Shown here: one piece after another, positions 55,322-64,000 of the stretch
Numbering within the stretch: position 1 is the first letter of the stretch
Layout of the letters: each line of letters starts with the position of its first letter
Program-made: the position numbers and the translations under genes
The notes under the pieces: generated by a model
What the model saw: only the letters and a program-made list of their open reading frames with translations
What the model was told of the DNA's origin: nothing
The model's database searches: none
Origin: Tubiluchus corallicola
Lineage: Eukaryota > Animalia > Priapulida
NCBI GenBank assembly: GCA_030141605.1
Contig: JAQGDQ010000199.1
Coordinates: 334,783-398,782, forward strand
Direction: 5' to 3'
Length of the DNA: 64,000 bases

Positions 55322-55782
<461 letters not shown>

Positions 55783-56074
55783 TCTTTCTTCTGTGAATAG
55801 CAGTGGTGTGTGTACATCGTCTCTGAATATTCGAGCTAATTTAATATATTTATAGTGAGAGTTGCAAAGTGAAACGTATATCATATTCTACATGAATAAA
55901 AATGCATCCAGTTTAATGCTTGGTTGAATTCTAAGAAAAACGATCGCCAAGATATTTCTGAAAAACTAAATTTCTGCAATAATTCTTTTGTGAAGTTTTG
56001 CGTTACTTACCTGGCAAAACGTGTTTTCTTCCATGTATCGGTGTAGTGGTGATATCACGCCTAATTAACAGACA

Positions 56075-57397
56075 ATGGCAACATGTATATTGTGTAGACG
56101 CAAGTATCCTGATGCGTCAAGCAGGATCGAATTTGGCTATCTCATTCTTTGTAACAAATGTTACAACGCCAGAATATCAGAAAGCGGCGGTGCTATTATA
56201 CCCGTCCTAGTTGAAAATGTCCAGGAAAGAGGCTCAGTAAGCAAGAATGCTGTATGCAGTGACACAGACGATGACAGTATAAGCCTAATTCACAACGAAC
56301 TGAATTACTTTGCTCAAAATCAGTTGGAGGCAGGAGTGCCATTTGTAGATTTGGCAAAGGTTATTCACGACTTTTATTCGGAGGAAAAATGTGATGAGGC
56401 GAAAGCGGTGCTTATTGGTCTTATACCACGCGACAATACAGACAATCCAGAATTCGTGAAGAACAGAATCGGCCCATCCAAAAAGGCAAATGTGTGCAAT
56501 GACATACTGAAGCTATTGCAATACGGCCCTATAATAAATGCTGCGCCTGCACCGAGATTTGCGGCCGCTTTCTCTCAAAACATCCCGCCAATGAGTCTGA
56601 AATCAATGGATACATCAGTATTGTTAAAACAACTTCAAATTGTGCAGCAGGGCCTAGTGGTATTGAAAGATAAATTCATAACGAAGGAGGACTTAAATGA
56701 AATCTTAGACGCACGTTTTGCCAGCGCTAACATTGCCATAGCAAAGCAGAAGAGCTATTCTTCAGTAGTCCAGTCAGCAGGTGTGTTATCTTCCCCTTCA
56801 GAGTCTATTCCGCATAAGCCACCTACCGCAAAGACGGTGACGCTGGGTGATTCAGATAAGGATAGTGATGGCTTCACTAAAGTCGTACGTTCTGGTAAAC
56901 GCCCCAGACTTCCTTCAACAAAGCCAGCATCTAAGCGGGTTATAACTGGCACTGCAACCAATAGTGAGGTAAAATCCAGCAAGCCGTTACGACAGTTGTT
57001 CGTTACGCGACTGGATCCGGACACTAACACTGGTGACATAGAACGGTTAATTATAGACCAATGCGACATTAAGGTGACTGTAAAACAGCTGCAGACGAAG
57101 TACAATACGTATAGTTCATTTGTGGTTAGCTGCTTCGGTAACGATGAGAAGAACCAGATAATGAATCCGGAGATCTGGCCCGCTGGGGTGCTACTGAAAA
57201 CGTATTACCCTGCAAAAACCGCTTCATCAAAGAAAGATAGTAAGACAGCAACATCTACTGACGACATGAGACAAACACCTGGATTGAACGAGCCTATCAG
57301 TACTGCAACATTGCATGTGAACTCGGCTTTAGAACAGTCAAAAATGCAGTCCTGGGGTTCTACGAGTTCCATAGCTTCCACTGTGGACAGAATTTAA
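56075..57397 (+). CDS. LINE ORF1 protein, 440 aa
   Basis: N-terminal CxxC...CxxC; central FYSEEKCDEAKAVL and IPPMSLKSMD blocks; KSYSSVV; C-terminal RRM-like LFVTRLDPDT...YSSFVVS...IWPAGVLLK; immediately upstream of the APE-RT ORF. Confidence 0.85.
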   Translation: MATCILCRRKYPDASSRIEFGYLILCNKCYNARISESGGAIIPVLVENVQERGSVSKNAVCSDTDDDSISLIHNELNYFAQNQLEAGVPFVDLAKVIHDFYSEEKCDEAKAVLIGLIPRDNTDNPEFVKNRIGPSKKANVCNDILKLLQYGPIINAAPAPRFAAAFSQNIPPMSLKSMDTSVLLKQLQIVQQGLVVLKDKFITKEDLNEILDARFASANIAIAKQKSYSSVVQSAGVLSSPSESIPHKPPTAKTVTLGDSDKDSDGFTKVVRSGKRPRLPSTKPASKRVITGTATNSEVKSSKPLRQLFVTRLDPDTNTGDIERLIIDQCDIKVTVKQLQTKYNTYSSFVVSCFGNDEKNQIMNPEIWPAGVLLKTYYPAKTASSKKDSKTATSTDDMRQTPGLNEPISTATLHVNSALEQSKMQSWGSTSSIASTVDRI

Positions 57398-57405
57398 CCT
57401 GCAGT

Positions 57406-60294
57406 ATGAACCAGCCAACAACAGAACAAACTATTCGAGTGGCCAGCTACAATTGCAACTCTATTATGCATCCAGAATCTCAGTATGTTCTGCATGAACT
57501 ATGTAAAATTAGTGACGTAATTTGTCTTCAAGAGACAATGCTGCCTAAGCAAGAACTGGATTACCTGTCATACTTCCATCAAAATTTCTACGGTCGTGGT
57601 GTATCACCTACTGACCTATCTGCTGGAATGCCCGAGGGAAGGCCGCAAGGTGGACTGGGTATCTTGTGGAGGAAAGATCTTCCCGTGGACTGGAAAATAC
57701 TTATCAATGATAATCAGTATAGGATTATGGGTATATCTTTAATATTTCAAGATAAATTAATGCCTATAACAATTCTTAATGTCTACTTTCCCTATGAATC
57801 CGATGATAACAGAGATGAATTTAGACAATGTTTAGGTAACCTAAATTCCATTATAGAAGACACTGTCTCTAGTTACATTTATTGTATTGGTGATTTTAAT
57901 TCACATCCGTCTAGGCAAAATTTTACAGAATTAAATAATATTTGTAGCGTCAATAATTATGTGATATCCGATACTAGTAGGCTGCCCAACTCAACCTTTA
58001 CATTTGTTAGTGTAGCCCACAACACTACTACGTGGCTAGATCACGTGGTCAGTACTGAAGCTGCTGATACATTAATTAGATCAATTAGTGTAAATTATGA
58101 TCTTACTACTTCTGATCATATGCCTATGTTAATGAATATTAGTACGGAAAACATGATATCTGCCTCTAGTAATGACAATTTCATTACTGCTGCTGATGTC
58201 TGCGATGGCGCTGTGCTTTCTAAGTCCACTAAAAGTTTACCACGGCATCATGTAGATTGGGATAAAGCTAGCAGCAACCACCTGTTCGATTACACGTCAA
58301 TAACGCAAGATTTGTTGTCTAAACTTGCAGTACCGTATGACGCACTTCTTTGCGAAGATATACACTGCCACAACACCAATCATAAATTGCAGCTTACAGA
58401 ATACTATGACAATATAGTATGGACACTCAGTTATGCTGCAAATTGTACTATTCCAGGCAGCAAACAGCCCGACATTAAAAAGAAAATAATTCCTGGCTGG
58501 AATGAGCTTGTTGCTGATAAGCATAAGTTTCTGCGCCAATGCTACCGTAACTGGTACTTGAACGGCAAACCTCGTTCTGGGCATTTAGCCAATGTTGTGT
58601 TTCGTGCACGCGCACAATTTAAACAAGCTTTGCGCGAATGTAAGCGCCAGGAACAAAGCATTATTGCCGATAAAATTGCGTATAGACTTATGAACTGCAG
58701 CTCATATCAGTTCTGGGCTCAGATCAAAAAAGAAACTAATTCAAAAATGCCAGTTCCACCAAAAATTGGCGACGTAGTAGGCGAAAAGGCAATTTGTGAC
58801 ATGTGGGGTGATCATTATCAGAATCTTCTTAACTCTGTTGATAACAGCAATCTTGCCAATAAATTACATGGAGCACTATCTGGAAACGTCAATGAAATTA
58901 ACAAATTTACGGTAGTTGAGGTACAGCAAGCCATTAAAAAGCTAGCATTGAATAGGTCAGCTGGACCAGACAGTCTTAAGTCAGAGCATTTTAGATATGC
59001 CTCTCACGTGTTACCAGTTTTATTCGCATTGTTTTATAACTCTTGTATCACTCATTGTTTCTTACCAGACTCACTAATGTTATCAGTAATTGTGCCACTT
59101 ATTAAAGACAAAAATAGAGATATAACAGACAGAAATAACTTCAGACCCATCGCGTTATCTTCTGTTTCTAGTAAACTTTTAGAAATTGTTATATTGACTC
59201 GTTATGCCGATTGTTTACCTGCCACACCCAACCAGTTTGGTTATGTGGAGAACTTGGGTACTGAGTTATGCATTAACATGTTAAAAGAAATAGTAGACTA
59301 TTATATAGACCGCCAGAGTACTGTACATATAATGTTTTTAGACGCCTCCAAAGCCTTCGATAGAATTAATTATTTTAAACTGTTTTTAAAACTCATTGAA
59401 ACTGGGATTCCAAATATTGTTGTTCGTTTACTTGTTTTTTATTACACCCATCAAGACATGCTGGTGAGATGGGGCAATTATAACTCTGAGATTTTTAAAG
59501 TTGGCAATGGTGTACGACAGGGAGCAAAGATGTCCCCTCTACTGTTTAATTTCTACTTTAGAGAACTTAGTGAAAATCTAGCCTCTAGTAATCTTGGATG
59601 TCAAATTGCAGATATTTGTTACAATCATTTGACATATGCTGACGATATTTGCCTATTAAGTACCACGACAACTGCTCTGAAGAAATTATGTGATATATAT
59701 GTTGATTATGCAGCAAAATTTGATATTTTAATTAATGTTGACAAAACTAAGCTTCTGACAATAACGTCTTCCATTATGAGCAACTTTGAGTTCGGAACAG
59801 TTAAGTTAGCTGGATCGGTTATTGAGCCTTGTGATAATGAAAAATATCTTGGTCACATCATTTCTAGGGATAACAGAGACGATCTAGATATCATATGACA
59901 AGTAGGCATTTATTACTCTCGAGCAAATAAGCTATGCCGTAAATTTTACTATTGCACCAATGCTGTAAAAACACGTCTATTCAATACTTATTGTAATAGC
60001 TTCTACTGTATAGCCACCTGGCGGCATTTTCATAATTATAATCTGAACAAACTTAAGGTTGCTCATAATAAATCAATGCGAAAATTTTTCAATTACCAGT
60101 TCGATCACAGTGCCAGGGACATTTCTGTGACGCATAAATTAGTGTACTTTGATGTTATTTACAGGAAAAGCATTTACAGTCTGGATACTAGAATTTCAAA
60201 CAGTAAAAACTTGTTGTGTAGAACGATATTCGCTAGTGATGCTTTATTTACTTCCAGTATAAGAAAGATTTGGAGAATAAAATTGTATGCTTAA
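57406..60294 (+). CDS. LINE ORF2 (AP endonuclease + reverse transcriptase); 830 aa to an in-frame TGA at 59896-59898, frame continues open to 60294
   Basis: APE motifs SYNCNS, CLQET, GDFNS, WLDH, SDHMP; PGWN..WYLNGKPRSG linker; RT motifs FRPIAL, QFGY, FLDASKAFD, GVRQG, YADD, KYLG; after the stop QVGIYYSRANKLCRKF...FNTYCNSFY...W. Confidence 0.93.
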
Positions 60295-60480
60295 TTTTTT
60301 ACATATTCATTGATATAGTGATTGAAGCAATGCGAAATGTTATTATAATTATCATTATTATTTTTTTGTAATGTTGTTTTTGTGTTGTGTTTACATTGTG
60401 TGCTTTGTGTCGTTTATTTACTTGTATTTTTGTTGTATATATATGAACGAAAGTTTGAAATAAAGAAGTAAATCAAAAAT

Positions 60481-60484
<4 letters not shown>

Positions 60485-60563
<79 letters not shown>
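60485..60563. repeat. (TC)n microsatellite at the LINE 3' junction
   Basis: Direct reading. Confidence 0.95.
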
Positions 60564-60567
<4 letters not shown>

Positions 60568-61124
60568 AGATTTGCTGATAACAGGTGCACTTATTTATTA
60601 CTATTATGCCAGATGAACGTTCATGTTATAACAAGATTACATTTCCTAAATATAATAAGAATAACATTTACTTACATTTAGTTATTGCAATAATTAAGAA
60701 CATCCAACCACCGAAAAATACTGACGCGAGGCTTGAGTAGTTACTGGAAAAATATTTGCCTTTTTTCATGTTTTTACCATGCTCTTCTGTTAAGCTATAC
60801 GTACATATAACATATACTGTTCCACTTAAACCATTAGGAGGCCATGCTTATCCAAGGATTGCAACAGCTGCGAAAATAATTTCAATTCGCTTTTGTATGT
60901 ACACTTCCACCAATATGGTTACAGATGTGTCGTTGAACAGCATTGAATATAACTCGATTGCTGTACGTAACTATGCTTAAATGGCAGTAAAGCGTTGACA
61001 CTCTAAGGTTGGCAAGACTACAGAAATCGACTACACAGATGCACAGTAGGCATCCACTCACTTTGTAATTTTGGAATGCTCAATTCGTTATTTACAGATT
61101 ATTACCATTATATAGTAATACTCG

Positions 61125-61580
61125 ATATTTATTTATTTATTTTTATTTTTATTCTTTGTTCTTTATTTCAGCTTGTAGACATACTCTTAAGGCATAAATA
61201 TGACTATAATTACTAAAATAATTAATTATGAAAAACACAAGTTTACAATTACAATTTACAGAATAGATAAGAAGACAAATTAGTTAAACTATTTATAAAA
61301 ATGACATACATTAAAAGTACATTAAAATTTATACCATTGGGCAAAAATTTTGAAGCATATAAAAACATAACTATTGTATATTACACGTTTTAACAAACCA
61401 TTACGAGAGTTTAAAACACGACATCTAAGATTTAGCACACATTTACGCAAAATAACGTTAATATCATTTTCTACACAGATTGTAGAAGCTCGCATACCGT
61501 ATCTATATTTGAAGAATTTTACCGTAGCTGTGTGGTAAGCAGACTTTAGCTTATTAAAATTGTACAAGAAATATTTCTTT
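61125..61580 (-). mobile_element. 5'-truncated LINE 3' end, distantly related to the 57 kb element
   Basis: NKLKSAYHTATVKFFKYRYGMRASTI...ILRKCVLNLRCRVLNSRNGLL parallels NKLKVAHNKSMRKFFNYQFDHSARDI...IYRKSIYSLDTRISNSKNLL; (TAAA)n tail on the minus strand near 61130. Confidence 0.75.
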
Positions 61581-62865
61581 AGCAAGTAATTTGCAGAGAC
61601 TACAAATACCTCCCTCTTATGCCCAACGTTTGCTAATACAAAGCAAATAACGAATGCTGCTATCTATTGAGACTCTAGTTATAACATGCCCATTTGCTTG
61701 TCCAGCGTTTTTTCAGTTATTTAGAGTTACAGCAAAACTAACCGTTCAAAATTTGTTATCTGGGCCTCTTCTCTTCTCCTTTCTGTAGTACCTAGGTACT
61801 CATTAAGGCTCATTGCTCCAGATCAATGCCCCTTCAAAAGGCAGGTCCGGGAGGGCTCTTGGTGGTGCGTATGCCACAAGCATGTCGCCCCGGTAGTTTT
61901 GCCCTGCCTATCCCTATTGTAAATTTATCGTTGTTTATGTATTGAGCAGGTCTGATAATTACTTGTCGTGTATTAGAAACATTATTAAACTACTTTATAC
62001 GGTGTCATTATTAATTAAATCTATTTGCATGGCGTTTATATTCACGCAGGTTGCGCAACTGCTTGTCATTGTAATACCTTGCACCTGTTCGTTACGTGGC
62101 ATTTATATAAAATCTGAGCTCAGTAAGTGCCTGTGGTGTGTTATAAAATGTGCCCTGTGTGTGCCTACATAGGTATACACATTTTCCGAGGAGAGTAAGA
62201 ATGTTTTCTAAGATGTGACGCCCCTCATTTTCCTGTGACGTCCTAGGCTGTAGCTTAGTCTAATAATCATGTTATTGTCATTTCTTCTCATCCTATCTAA
62301 ATAATTTATAATAATAGAGAAGATTGTTTAAGTTACGGTAACAGTTACGCTACTATTCATAATTTTCACTTTTGTCTGTTTTTAATTTTTGCAAAACTTA
62401 GTCAAGTCACACAAAACAACAGAAACACAAAGGTTATACGGTTTCAAAAGACAATGATTTTTCAATGACAATGACAAAAGACAAAGACAAAGACAAAAGA
62501 CCATAAAATAATATATTTTTAAGAAAAAATACACTGCATGATTCATTGCATTAATTTTTTTCTTTTGAAGGGGTTCTTGCTCCAGACAACATATAAATAT
62601 CAACAGAAATAGGTTTTTCTTGGCACGTAAGAAGTACTTTCACATTAGAAGTTGACAAGACAAGTGTACACGTAAAATTCTCTTCAAGAACGTTATTATA
62701 CTGCTACGCAACTCTGAAACTGTGAACTATTGAAAAATCTTTTCTTCCAAAATCACTGGTAAACTGTACGTAATAGCAGGAATTATTTTGATCTTAAATG
62801 AAAAAACAATCATTGAACAATATTCATTGTATTTTAGCATACCCTTAAAAATGTTGAAATAATTT

Positions 62866-63568
62866 CAGGGCCTGTTTCAGGGGGGAAGTGGGGATACTTC
62901 CCCGGGGCCTCACCCTCCAGGGAGGCTTCGCCCCGAGGTAACTTTTTTTGCTTTATGCGAACATACTGCCTCCTCTCTCCCTCTCTCTCTCTCTCTCTTG
63001 CCGCACGCGCGCCGTTTGCCTTGTACGTGTTAACGTGTTTTATGTGATTTTAGATTCAGTTTTAAGTGGCCTATCGCGGCGGTTTCAAGCTTTAGATCAA
63101 ATTTGTGAGACGTTCGGTTTTTTGTGGAAATTTCATATTCTTGAGGAGAGCGATCTCAGAACCATTGCCACAAATTTCCAAAAAAAGTATTCAAAACATG
63201 TGTCTAGAGATGTTGTAGATGAAACATGCTTTTTGAATCGTATTTTTGCCGAGAATTTTAAAGATTGTACGATGCCAAAAAAATTGGTGGACCGAATTAT
63301 TGCAGTGAAACTAGTCGAAGTCTATCCAAATATTATCGTCGCACTTTGCATTTTCTTATCAATGCCAGCTTCCATTTCGTCCGGTGAACACTCTTTCAGT
63401 GCGTTAAAAAATATCAAAACCGACAATCGTTCGACGATGACCCAGGATCGGTTAAACGGTCTGTCATTTATTCGAATGAATGTGGATGTAGCAAAATGCC
63501 TGGATTTTAACAAGTTAATTGATAACTTTGCGAAACAAAAAGTCAGAAGATGCCTAGTACGGAAGTGA
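62866..63568 (+). mobile_element. internally deleted hAT transposon with transposase C-terminal (hATC dimerisation) region
   Basis: YPNIIVALCIFLSMPASISSGEHSFSALKNIKTDNRSTMTQDRLNGLSFI...IDNFAK is the hAT dimerisation motif; CAGGGCC hAT-like end at 62866 lies only about 160 bp before the coding remnant. Confidence 0.85.
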
Positions 63569-63584
63569 GAGTACGGTCTTTTGT

Positions 63585-64000
63585 TTTTGTTGGCATCCTT
63601 CTGTCTCGGAAGACGTGTGCGCCAAGAGAGTCAGTTATTGATCACATCGATGGAGCTGCAGCGTCAACTGTGGCTGAGCAGTCCGATCCTTGAACGTCTC
63701 CAGGGCGCACGCCTGGGCAACGTGTATGGAGATTCTGAGTTGCCCAGGCAACAGGAACCCCTTCTCTTCCTCCCTGGTGTAGTCCAAAGGAAAGCAGAGC
63801 GATACGTTTGCCACCAGGTTGGCTGCAGGAGCTGCCGGAGTCAGTGAACATGCTGCAGTGGTCCGCCTTCGGGGCCCCACTCCTGATTTAGAAGGTTTAC
63901 TCCTCTACACATGGCGGTTGGGTCACTTGACCTCCTCCGCCCTCTAGCCGTTGGCTGCTTGTGCAGCTCCTCCGCCTAGTATCGAGATACAGTGTGGGCA
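63585..64000 (+). mobile_element. GC-rich repeat, probably the 5' UTR of an RTE/BovB-type retroelement continuing beyond the window
   Basis: First 265 bp match the TSD-flanked insert at 41091-41364. The GTTGGCATCCTTCTGTCTCGGAAGAC...GCACGCCTGGGCA pattern resembles RTE/BovB 5' leaders from recall only. Confidence 0.5.

Noticed and set aside
56004-56016. TACTTACCTGGCA matching the U1 snRNA 5' end
   Set aside because: Only 13 nt match and the rest of U1 is absent; it is also just the reverse complement of a splice donor consensus.

Overview
AT-rich, intron-containing, microsatellite- and transposon-rich eukaryotic DNA, most likely an invertebrate animal. Four host genes are supported: (1) an intronless type II membrane GT-A-fold glycosyltransferase (4650-5702 +); (2) a two-exon LicD/fukutin-family phosphotransferase (12094-8848 -); (3) a natriuretic-peptide-receptor-like membrane guanylyl cyclase of at least 22 exons (16971-47013 +, 1036 codons assembled in frame) whose last exon looks damaged; (4) a CHST8-14-type carbohydrate sulfotransferase (53543-52412 -) with no visible first exon. 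A near-intact two-ORF LINE (about 55780-60484) sits between two (TC)n tracts and carries one nonsense codon. There are also many LINE fragments, MITEs, a hAT remnant and minisatellites. The main hidden structure is a nested, collinear set of inverted duplications (15 kb/22 kb, 10 kb/25 kb, 4-5 kb/54 kb). One of them places a decayed copy of the glycosyltransferase promoter and 5' coding region directly in front of the sulfotransferase. All alignments and translations were done by eye, and family assignments come from motif recognition, not database searches.
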